Part shown: positions 48,259 to 58,364 of the stretch, in pieces
Layout: each line of letters begins with the position of its first letter
Numbering within the stretch: the first letter of the stretch is position 1
NCBI GenBank assembly: GCA_026914245.1
Contig: CP110439.1
Coordinates: 806,001 to 870,000, forward strand
From: Puccinia triticina
Lineage: Eukaryota
Length of the DNA stretch: 64,000 nucleotides
Reading direction: 5' to 3'
Made by a program: the position numbers and the translations under genes
Notes under the pieces: model-generated
The model's input: only the letters and a program-made list of their open reading frames with translations
Database searches by the model: none
What the model was told of the DNA's origin: nothing

Positions 48259-50651
48259 TTCTGATTACTGGGGAGTATGATTGGAACCAAAAAAGTCTGA
48301 CCAGCTGAATCCATGATTGAAAGTGCTTCTCCTCTGGCTCCATTGTAGTTGATGTTAGCTGAGACATCCATCAAGAAAGGCTTTCCAATAATCATCTGAA
48401 CTGGTCCTTTGGCTACCCAGAAATGAACTGTCCTGACTACTTTCCCAATGGTTACCTCCACATCTTCAGCAATTCCAGGTATATCAGTAAGGTGACCTCC
48501 AATTCCTTTGAGCTTCATAGATTTGGCAGTGAGTACTAATCCAAGTTTATGAGCAAGAGTTTCAGGAATAATGTTGACCATAGAGCCAGTATCCAAGAGT
48601 GCTTGATGTTTCTCTCCTCCAATAGTGATGGTGATGTATCCAAGGGGGCAGGAGTAGTGAGTAGTGGGTTGCTCCTGTGCTGGTTCTTCTCCATCCTCCA
48701 TGTCTGTGAAGTTTGCTGATTTGACACCATCCAATGGGACCCTTCTGTTGGTTATCTTCTTCCTAATACAGTCAGTAACTCCTGGTGATATAGCAAAGAT
48801 TTCTCCAAAAGCCAACTCCATCTTTCCTGCAGTCAACATCCTACTAGCCACTTCCTCTTCAATTCCTGGGTACTCCTTGGCCAAAGTCTTCTCCAAATAG
48901 GTTTTCTTAATTGGTTTGTCCTTAGGTGCAGTAGTTGAATCCTTGTCCTTATCCTGGAATCTGACTTGAGGGGAGCCTTTTGAAGTAGGGGATTTGGAAG
49001 CACTAGGAGTAGGGGGCTGTGTCATGTGGAGTAAGTCCTCTGTATCCATGTCCATTAGGTCCTGTTTCTCCTTCCTGATCCTTTTGTCTGCCTTGGCTGA
49101 TTCCTCTTCATCCTGATCCTTAGAGTTGTTTCTAGTCCTCTTTCCAAGGTCTGCTTCATAACTATGGGCTTGATAATAGACTGGGTCCTCCTCTAGTTGG
49201 CCAAAAGAAGATGTGAGCTTAGTTTTAGAGTACTCTTCCACTGGGGTTCTGATTGGTCTGCTTGGAATCCAGGGAATAACTGATTTGTCTGGAAGTCTGT
49301 AATCTCTTCCGTCCTTGATAACAGCACCACTAGACATGTCCTGGGCAAGTTGAGAGCAGCTGTTGGTTCCATGGGTTTCCTGATGACAATAATAGCATTT
49401 GAATGGCCAGATCCTGGCAGGTTTGTCCATGTGGGGAGGTAGTCCTTTGCCAGCAGTGAGGGATGCAAGTTGTTTGGTAAGGAGTTCCACTTGTTTGTCC
49501 AGAGAAATAGAAGCAGTAGGAGCGGTTCCCTGAGTAGCAGGTGTGGGTTTGGAGATCCTAGGTGAGTTGTCCAAAGTGAATTTCTCTTCTGCCCTCCATT
49601 CAGTCCTTCTGTTGACCACTGATCTTGAGTAAACTTCCTGGTGAATATAGGTAAGAAGAGTTTCAGTGTCTGGCAAGATATCACCTCCATCCTTTGAGGC
49701 TAGCATTTGATTGTCCCTCATCAAGCTCCTAGTAACTCTTTGATCCAGGTCCTTGTGAAGAGTTTCCAAAAGAAGGTGTCTGAATTCCTCCAGGCTAGTA
49801 CTGTACCCCATTCTTACCAAATAGTGAGTGATGGTTTCAAACTTGTTCCTGAATGTGTTGAAGGTTTCCAAAGTGCTGATTCCTCCATCCTGAGCTGATT
49901 TGTAGACTAGTTTCCTGAGATCCTCCCTGGTATATCTGACCAATGGCTGAGAAGTTCCAAACCTGGTGAGTAGCTGTTTCTTCAGGGTTTCCCAATCCAA
50001 GTTTTCATGGCCTGACATGTCTTCCACTTCATCCTTTAGGTCCAATCCTTTGATAAAAGCAATGATTTGTCCAGCCAGTTCCTTAGAGTTAGCACCATCA
50101 TCTCTTCCAGCACTTTCATACCTTCTAATGAATTTCTCCACAGGCATGTTGGTTCCATCAAAGAAGAGCTCTTTGTCCATGGGTTTGATCTTAACTCCTC
50201 TGCTGACTGGATCCTGGTACCTTGGCATGGCTGGTTCTCTGTTCAAGAAGTGGGTGTTGGACCTGGTAGAGTGAGTTGAATGATCCCTTTGGCACTGGAA
50301 TCTGGAAAAGCGGGGTGGTGGAACATTTAAATCCTCTGAATCATCTGATGGCTGATTGGTATCCCTGTATCCTGTGAATCTAGGAGCACTGGAAGTCTGA
50401 GGTCTAGGAGGAGGTCTGCAAGAACTGGAGTTGGCCTGTGGAATAGAAGAACCCTGTAAATCTGGAGCATTGGAAGGAGCCTGAGGACCTGGACCAGTAG
50501 AAGAAGATTGGTGACCTGGACCATTGGGAGGAACCTGAGTCTGACCAGTGTTGGAAGTGGTGGAGTCCTGAACTGTAGTATTACTGGAAGGATCCACTGG
50601 AGGGTAAAGACTGGGGGCAACATTGGCGTTGGGAGATCCTTGGGCAGACAT
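48207..50651 (-). CDS. gag: Gypsy Gag-protease
   Basis: 814-aa open ORF with knuckle CYYCHQETHGTNSC and aspartic protease LLDTGS...IIG. Confidence 0.94.
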   Translation of the reverse strand: MSAQGSPNANVAPSLYPPVDPSSNTTVQDSTTSNTGQTQVPPNGPGHQSSSTGPGPQAPSNAPDLQGSSIPQANSSSCRPPPRPQTSSAPRFTGYRDTNQPSDDSEDLNVPPPRFSRFQCQRDHSTHSTRSNTHFLNREPAMPRYQDPVSRGVKIKPMDKELFFDGTNMPVEKFIRRYESAGRDDGANSKELAGQIIAFIKGLDLKDEVEDMSGHENLDWETLKKQLLTRFGTSQPLVRYTREDLRKLVYKSAQDGGISTLETFNTFRNKFETITHYLVRMGYSTSLEEFRHLLLETLHKDLDQRVTRSLMRDNQMLASKDGGDILPDTETLLTYIHQEVYSRSVVNRRTEWRAEEKFTLDNSPRISKPTPATQGTAPTASISLDKQVELLTKQLASLTAGKGLPPHMDKPARIWPFKCYYCHQETHGTNSCSQLAQDMSSGAVIKDGRDYRLPDKSVIPWIPSRPIRTPVEEYSKTKLTSSFGQLEEDPVYYQAHSYEADLGKRTRNNSKDQDEEESAKADKRIRKEKQDLMDMDTEDLLHMTQPPTPSASKSPTSKGSPQVRFQDKDKDSTTAPKDKPIKKTYLEKTLAKEYPGIEEEVASRMLTAGKMELAFGEIFAISPGVTDCIRKKITNRRVPLDGVKSANFTDMEDGEEPAQEQPTTHYSCPLGYITITIGGEKHQALLDTGSMVNIIPETLAHKLGLVLTAKSMKLKGIGGHLTDIPGIAEDVEVTIGKVVRTVHFWVAKGPVQMIIGKPFLMDVSANINYNGARGEALSIMDSAGQTFLVPIILPSNQKWETSIPSNSGLLNFLD

Positions 50652-51108
50652 GATTGAAACAGGTAAGTTGAATCTGAATCTGAAGATTGATAATGAAGGT
50701 GCTGATAGTGTTACTGTTGGTTGAAGTTGATTCTAAAAGCAGGGAGTTGATTTGTAAAGAGAGGAGTATGAGGAGTGTAGGTGAAGTAGTATGTAGCTGA
50801 TGGTAAAAGTGTTACTAGAGCTGAAGATATCTGAAGTATAGAAAGGCCACTGTTGGGACACCACTTGTGGAACTACTCAAAGGGGAGAATAGAGCTTGGA
50901 AGGTAAATGTATAGCAACACTAGTACTAATGTAAGCTATGCAAGGGTGCTGATGAGGCTGCCTTCCTGACTAATGCTGAGGGGATGAGAGTAACACTAAG
51001 AAAAAAGAAGAAAAGGTGTGGCTGATTTCTGCTTGATCTTAGGAGCTAGTACTATGAGCTTTAACTACTGACTACTGAGGGTAAGTGTAAAGACTGTAAA
51101 ATGAAGAT

Positions 51109-51193
51109 GTGTCTGGTGAGAGTTGAACTCATGACCTCAGCTATGCTGAGACACATACTAGAGTGCTGCCTTTACCAACTAGGCTACAGACGC
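51109..51193 (-). ncRNA. tRNA-like Pol III unit in the TRIM 3' LTR (not a canonical tRNA)
   Basis: GCGTCTG/CAGACAC acceptor-like stem, A box TAGCCTAGTTGG, hairpin CTCAGC-ATA-GCTGAG, T-arm/B box ATGAG-TTCAACT-CTCAC. Confidence 0.78.
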
Positions 51194-51530
51194 TTGTGGC
51201 TGCCAGCTGGGTGGTTGGTTGGTAGTGCTCATGGGTCGATCCGACAGCCCTCCATACTGTGGTGATACATCATGGTAGCAGACTAACAGACAACTCAACA
51301 CCCCCCCTTGCTACATGATGGGAAGTGGGGATTGACCCCAAGAGAGAGTGGGAATGAGACCCGGGAAAGATGATCAGTGTAGGGATTGAACCCGTGATCT
51401 AGATGTAGGCTTATAGGGGTTTGTGTGGTCTTACAAGTAAGCATTCACAAATTCATCAAGTCTCTATTGTAAGCGAGTAGCGCTCAGGTAGCTCTGGGCT
51501 CATAACCTGTAAAGACTGTAAAATGAAGAT

Positions 51531-51615
51531 GTGTCTGGTGAGAGTCAAACTCACGACCTCAGCTATGCTGAGACACATACTAGAGTGCTGCCTTTACCAA
51601 CTAGGCTACAGACGC
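51531..51615 (-). ncRNA. tRNA-like Pol III unit in the TRIM 5' LTR
   Basis: Same structure; T-arm GTGAG-TTTGACT-CTCAC. Confidence 0.78.
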
Positions 51616-54600
51616 TTGTGGCTGCCAGCTGGGTGGTTGGTTGGTAGTGCTCATGGGTCGATCCGACAGCCCTCCATACTGTGGTGATACATCATGGTAG
51701 CAGACTAACAGACAACTCAACAGTAAGAGAGATGGAGGATTGATGAGAGTGGGGAACTTATAATTTCTGTATCCAAAATTATCTATAAATTCTGTATATA
51801 TTTCTCTGCATGAGGTACAAGTGAGGGGGGGGAAGACAATTCTTATATGAAAGGAGGGATGAGCACCGACAATGAAGAGTTCTGGCTATGAGAATGAAGG
51901 TTGTACAAATGAGGAAGAGTGATGTGAACATAGTAACAGTATGTAATGATGAGCAATGCTGAAAAGGGAATGCTGGTTATGGGAATAAAAGAATGTACTA
52001 ATGGGGAAAAGTGATGAGAACATAGTAACAACTTGTAATGATGAGCACTACTGAAAGAGGTAAGCACAGATCTAATGATGTAATGTGTACAATAGCCATA
52101 GTACATAATGAGGAATGTATGTAAAGGGTTTAGTATGTGAAAGTAATTATGTAAAAGGGATGTACTGTAATGATTCCAGTAAGTTACTAATGAATTGAGT
52201 ATTGTAACTAATGAAGACTGTAGATTATCTGTAAGTCTTATATCCTCTATAACTATTGAACCATTGAAGATAAGAGTATACTATGTATGAGTGACTATAT
52301 GTAAAATTTGATGTAGAATCTGAATATGCAATAATAATGAGGTATTTGTGAAGGGTTATGGAGAAATGGGCAATGTAATGATGAATATATTGTAAAAGAA
52401 AGCAATAAAATACTACTTATGGTTTGGAATGGAGCACCACAGCGGGCAAACCAACACCATGTAAGTTGCCAATTGAAATTATTTTGATGCGCTTCACCTG
52501 TGGTGGAGATGCTCTGAAAAAGGGATAGATGTCACAGGACCTTACCAGAAACTGTGACAGGCAATGCTGCAGAACTTAATATGTACAGTGGGTGCACTAC
52601 AATTTTTGGTGCACCATCTTTTCATTTCTGAGGGACAAGGATGACTGTTAAGGCTCCATTTTGTTTCTCATGAGGGCTCAGGAGGTCAAGGCAAAAGATG
52701 GAAAAGACATTATGTAGCAGAAAAGATAAAAATGATGAAATTATCAGCAAATGTTCAACTTGCTGGATTTTGTTTTTTGAAAAATATGAGAGAATTGGGA
52801 TATGTGGGGGGAATTGGGAGGAATGAATGTGAAAGAAAAAAGTCAGAAACCTTTTGATTTTCAATTTTAGACTTTTGAGCTTTTGACCACCAGATTATTG
52901 CCTTGATAATCACACATTTGATCCCAAGCCAGGGTGTAATGGTGGTTGCCATTGATAAAATGTCCATCAATGATCACATCATTTCCAAGGGGTTTCATGA
53001 GGTATTAGTGGTCTTGTGTGAGCCTCCTCCTGAAGTGTCACACATAAATCACAAGACACAGAGAGGGCAGTCATAATCAGTGTAGTGGGAGTTGCAAAAC
53101 TTAACTCATCTTTTGATTTTACAGTTCCAGCAAATGTGAGCAACAAGATTAGGCTTAAGGAAAATCCTGGCCCACAATCACTCATTGAGAGAATCTCAGT
53201 TAGCGCCAAAGGTAAGCAACTGCAGAGAACTCAAGATAAGCTGATCAGATAGACACTAACGTGCTATTGCTTCTTTTAGACAGAACTGTCAAGAGAAACC
53301 AGACAAATCAACCCAATACCGCTCAAAGAGCAAGAGAAACTATTGGTAAGAGTATTGTGTCCTTAGTCAGGCATAGCGGTAAAAGAAAGGCAGTGGCTGA
53401 CGCAACACTGTTTCATAAACAGACAACGTTGCATCTCTTCTTAGCCGTTTTGCCAAAGCCACGTGAGGAAAACCTCAGGTCAAACAACCACCCCGAGTAA
53501 GAAAACACTGCATCTTGAGAAAAGAGGAAAGAAAGGTCCGGAACTAATACTGAGATATCATGTGTCTAGATAAGACCGAGTCAATCATTTAACTCAACAT
53601 ATATCCTCTTTTCCTATTCCTTTCTTTTCATTCTCTTTCATCAGTAGAGAGCGGCCTAGTTCCTGCTCTTAGGTAATTATTTCTTACTTCAAGACTTCTT
53701 TCATCTCTATTCATCAGTCATTTGTATTTACAATAATAGAAATTCTGATGAAGAAACAACTCTTAGTTCTTTGGAGTTTTTCAAAACTTGGGAACCTAAA
53801 CTTTTTAACAGCCAGGAAACAACCTCCATTTATACCCTACATATTTCAGTCTGATACCCTGGACCCAACCACAGAAACAAACCTCCATTTATACCCTACA
53901 TATTTCAGTCTGATCCCCTGGAGCTCACTAAAATCTGAGTTTCACACTCCACTTTTGCTCCAATCACTCAAATATTTTCCATATCCAACTGCCTTATTAC
54001 CCTTAGAACCAGTTGTTTTTTGTTCCGCCTCCACAAGTCCTTTGATAAATTCTCTCCGTTATTTCCCACCAACTCCTGCCTTTTTCTAATCCTGGCTACA
54101 TATATTCATTTGAGATTCCTTCACTTCCCAGTTTACGCATCTCCACTATTCCTAGTTCTCATTCTGGCTCTTGGATAAGCACAGATAAAACTTGATTTCT
54201 GCCACTTCCAGCAGGACTGGAGCAGCTCTGCAAGAAGAGGCTTACAACCAATTATCTTTTGTTTCATCTCTGCAATTCTCCAATACATTCCCACCATTCT
54301 TTCCCTTCTGTAGCATGGGCTCCGCAGTGCAGGCTCTCATATGTACATAGCTTACACACAAATGTCACGGACCAAACTCTCAAGGTTTGAGAGGCTGGAG
54401 ATCCAGACTGCCTCATCCTGAAATCTACCATCTTAGGATCCAGAATCCCAGAACCTCAGAAACCAGACCATCTCTTTCTCTCCACAGACTAGACCTTAAC
54501 AGATCACAGCTATGTATCTCAATTTCATATACCCTCAACTCATTATTAACATTCTGGCTTCTTTCCTAGCAGAATGGAATTTCCTTCAATGTTATGCATG

Positions 54601-55059
54601 AATGTTGTACCTTGCAGTGCATAGAGATGGCTGGAATTTCCTTGTCTGCCCGTCCCCCTGGACCAAGGCAAATTACTGCCTGATCTAAGTAGGTGTTGTA
54701 TCCACCCATAGATAAAATTGGAGCTCCCAAAAGCTCTGGAATTCAGCATGGGTTGATACAGGCAAATGTCCATCTATGTTGATTTGTCCGTATGATGTCT
54801 GGCTTGGTTATGCAAGTTGCTGGTTCCAACATTGTGGAGATCTCTTGGCCATGCTGGGAAACTTGCAGTACATTCACCAATGTTTCCAAAACTCATTGAT
54901 CTTTACCCAGTCAAAAGTCTGTCTTTTTGTTAACAATGCCAGTCATCTGCGTGATCACACTTATGCACCCATAATTTTTTTATTTACATTCAGCTAATCT
55001 TCATCTCATTTCCTTGGTTGCTTTGTCAACCATTCCAAGGCACAGTGCTGAGATGGCCT

Positions 55060-56313
55060 CTAACTTAACTAAGTCCTTCTCTATGTGGAGGGGGAACACC
55101 GTCCCGCAGGGACCCTCCAAAGGAGGGACTTATGCGCTATGTCGCCCCTCTTGCCTGAGAGCATCAGGAAAATCGAGCTTTTTTTTCAATCTGCTGTACA
55201 GCTGCCATCTCTTATTGGGTGACTACAAAGTCACCCAACAAAATGAGGGGCTTATCCAGGAGAATCTCTGTGTCTCCTTCTTGAACTTGTGACAACGGTG
55301 GGTTGCTACTTTACTCTACAATAACTGGGGCTGTAGAGTAAAGTAGCGAGCTGTGCCTGACATTTTTACAGTTATTGTTAATGCTAGCGCGCGGATCGCC
55401 GCATCACGGTTATCGTAACTGGCCTTTTTTTGTACAGCCGTTACTAGTAAAGTAACGTTTTATCGAGAAAATTAACATTTTATTAAGCAATTGAGGGTCA
55501 GATTGGCCCTTATAAAGCAGAGCAACACTTTATTGAGCAGTGAAAGGCCAAATCAGCCCTGAAATGGCCTTTTCTTGCTCAATATGTTGATAAATACCTG
55601 CTGCTCTGCCCATAGATATTGTAGCGGCCTTGAAAAAAAAAACCCCGCCCAGTGCAATATCAATATTGCACCACATTTTCCCATTGCTAACGGTCCGGTT
55701 AGCGTAAAGGGACCAAAAATTGCTACAATAACGTTGCGATATCAATAACCGTAAAGTAGCGACCCACCGTTGCTTGTGAGGGCCTTCAATGTTTGGTTAA
55801 TTGTGTGTTTTCCATTTTTTTTCCTCCAAAGAGACTGAAACAAAAAATCCTGTATCAACTGCCACATCTCATGGAACAAAGATTCCGCATGAAATACAGC
55901 AGTTGAAATGATTAATCAAAAAGCGTAAATAACCATTGCTACTTAAATATCTATACGCACTCATGGGCTACAGTCATTTAAACAGCATAGTATGTTTCAG
56001 CACTGAATACAGTTTGAATGTGTGGAAGTGCCTGGAATTCAAGTGTAATGCCCAAGAGGAAATAAAACAATCTACACATCAAGATAGTGAAGGGATGGAG
56101 ACAAAAAAAATAGCAGGTAAATGGGGACCGCTTGCGTGGTCTCACAAATGAAAACTAGAAGGAAAAGCGTCCAGAGACAAGTGCGTGAGGTTGATTATGA
56201 AAAACTGCCCACCAAAAGCTGAAATGCTCTCAGGCCACGGAGTTGACTTAGCACGTAAGTCCCTCCTTCAAAGGTTGCTGCGCTCCCCCAAGGAGGGAAA
56301 TTAGCTAAGTTAG
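55060..56313. mobile_element. MULE-like non-autonomous element
   Basis: Ends CTAACTTA...TAAGTTAG; perfect 9-bp TSD AGATGGCCT (55051-55059, 56314-56322). Confidence 0.87.
55293..55772. mobile_element. MITE with CAAC termini and 7-bp TSD
   Basis: 22-bp TIR CAACGGTGGGT(T/C)GCTACTTTAC; TSD CTTGTGA on both sides. Confidence 0.88.
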
Positions 56314-56809
56314 AGATGGCCTGTACCACAGCAACAAATTCCAAGTTTGGATTTCAATTTCAATTTCACTTTCTTCAAAATATGAAATTCATACACCCAG
56401 TATTGCTGAAACCACATAATGAGCAACACTTGGTACACCATTTTTGAGAAATTTAAATCCCATGTTAATTTGGGAAAATTGGTCTCTATGGTACAGGCAC
56501 CGGGTGCAAAAGTGTGACATGAATGTGGATAAGGTTAACCTGTCCTGCAGGTGTTACATGACAGGCAGCACCTGTGAAATTACAGGTCAATTGGTCAGAC
56601 CAGGCACCTGTACAAAAGCTGCCTGATCTGTCACATGCCCAGTGACTGTGCACTGGGTTTCACAGAGCTGTCATTCTCATGACAGCTACATAACTTGAAG
56701 TCATGCATTTCTGACAGGTCATGGCACACGCAGGTCTGTCATGACTTGTGAGAGGACTGTGTAACCTGGTGAGACATATTTTTGCACGTGGTCAGGCGAC
56801 GATTCTGAA

Positions 56810-57759
56810 CAACAATGGGCCTATACTATACTCTACTATAACCAGGCCTGTTTATTATTATATAGGTCTGGTTGTACCACTCTATACTAATAACTGTACT
56901 AGTATTGGCCCTTGCTGCAAGTGGCCCGTATAGTATTCTGTGGTTTTTCTCTGAAACAAAAAATGCAGGTATAGTAACTTTTTTTGCCCCTGGTTACCGC
57001 AATAACGCACTCAACCTGGTGTAAAAATAAGGCAATGACACTACCAGCATAATTGGCTGGGCTGAGGTTATCCCAGTTAAACTTGGATGCACTCAACCAA
57101 TTTAAATTTGGTTGATCTCAACTGATGAAATACAAATCTAAGGGACCCCCCTTGGTTTTATATTTCATTGGTTGAGATCAACCCATCTAAGATTGGTTGA
57201 GTGCATCCCAGTTAGACTGGGATGACTTCATCCTAGCAAAATATGCTGGCAGTGTGACATGTGGGCTCCTGATGATTGTACAGGCAAACCATGCCACCTA
57301 CCTGGTCCTTGCGTTAATAGCAAGGGCTTATTTAGGAACACCAGGTAGGTCTTGTTCTTTTGAGAGATTGTTCTCTGTGGCTCCAGACGTGGTCCTCTGT
57401 TCCCTTCAACTACTTCAAAATCCTTCAGCAGCCTTATGTGGCTTTGTGAGGATTTTCCCCTCTCAGGGGACTTTGCTGAGGCCGGAAAGGCTTTGAGTGC
57501 TCTGATCCCCAATCCCAAGATAGATAGATTTCATCCCTACTGAGAAGTGGTCCTGGACACATCTGGCCAGTATAGTATTGAGATTTTTTTTTATTTCTCC
57601 TTCATTTGGATATAGTATTTTCAAAAAAAAATCCTCATGTAATTGGATATAGTATTAAAAATTCATTATGGAATATGAAAATAACAGTACTGTTATTGGA
57701 CCAAAAAAAATACAATAACTATACTATACCAATATCTGTATAGTAAAGGCCCATTGTTG
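56810..57759. mobile_element. Deleted hAT-type element with CAAC termini and 7-bp TSD
   Basis: TIR CAACAATGGGCCT(A/T)TACTATAC; TSD TTCTGAA. Internal remnant YLVLALIARAYLGTPGRSCSFERLFS resembles the hAT C-terminal dimerisation domain. Confidence 0.85.
57039..57254. mobile_element. CACTA-type foldback MITE
   Basis: CACT(A/G)CCAGCATA termini, nearly fully palindromic; 3-bp TSD TGA. Confidence 0.85.
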
Positions 57760-58364
57760 TTCTGAAGCAGTAAGTTGGATGGAAATTTTATGATAAACAA
57801 CATACAAAGTGTCAAAGAAACCGCCATGAACTAGCTCACTTCCAAAGCTCACAATCACACAACAATTTCAAGCTTGAGTTTTCCAGCTCTCAATACCCAA
57901 TTGATTAAGCACGACCATATTGCTTGTGAAGTCTAGCGCTTCAAGTGCTTGCAACTCGAAGCCGAGGGGGGAAAACAGACTTGATGTTTGAAGGAGCTAC
58001 GAAGATTGTTTACTCATGAGGTAGCTTAGAAGGAACAAAAAATTGCAGCGTTTATGATGGACTAAAAACTGGTCCTTTCGATAATGAAATGGGACAGAAG
58101 AATGCGAGATGATAATATGAAATGAAGTGTGCGGGAAAATTCGACCCAAATGGAAATGCGAGACTATTGTACGTGGGGGCGATTTATAGCAGTTCACTCA
58201 GAAGAAGCATGAAATGCGCGACTGTTTTGATAATGAACTTGTAGCTGAAGATTCTGAACATATAAGAGAATAAAAGCTCGAAGCATATTACCTGGTTTGT
58301 ATTCAACGCCAATGAGGGTTCGGATGGTTTGCCGCCTGTGGTACAAGATCGGTCAGCTTCTGAC

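Larger units (their letters stand above)
51086..51722 (-). mobile_element. TRIM (miniature non-autonomous LTR element) with tRNA-like LTRs
   Basis: 215-bp LTRs 51086-51300 and 51508-51722, 207-bp interior, PBS GGTTATGAGCCC, PPT AAGGGGGGG, 5-bp TSD GTAAG. Empty site in the other Gypsy LTR (~41290). Confidence 0.95.
41077..52441 (-). mobile_element. Full-length, apparently intact Ty3/Gypsy LTR retrotransposon
   Basis: 934-bp LTRs with one visible mismatch, 4-bp TSD GCGG (41073-41076, 52442-52445), PBS TGGTGTCCCAACAGTGG, PPT, and open gag-PR and RT-RH-IN ORFs. Confidence 0.97.
50866..52441 (-). repeat. Gypsy 5' LTR, interrupted by a TRIM
   Basis: Matches the 3' LTR except for the 637-bp insertion plus 5-bp duplication. 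Confidence 0.95.

Noticed and set aside
51109..51193. Functional tRNA (Leu-TAG or amber suppressor)
   Set aside because: No canonical 5-bp anticodon stem with 7-nt loop and the T-loop is mutated in one copy; kept only as tRNA-like.
53230..54560. Possible additional solo LTR(s)
   Set aside because: LTR-like composition, but no TG..CA pair with a matching TSD could be found.
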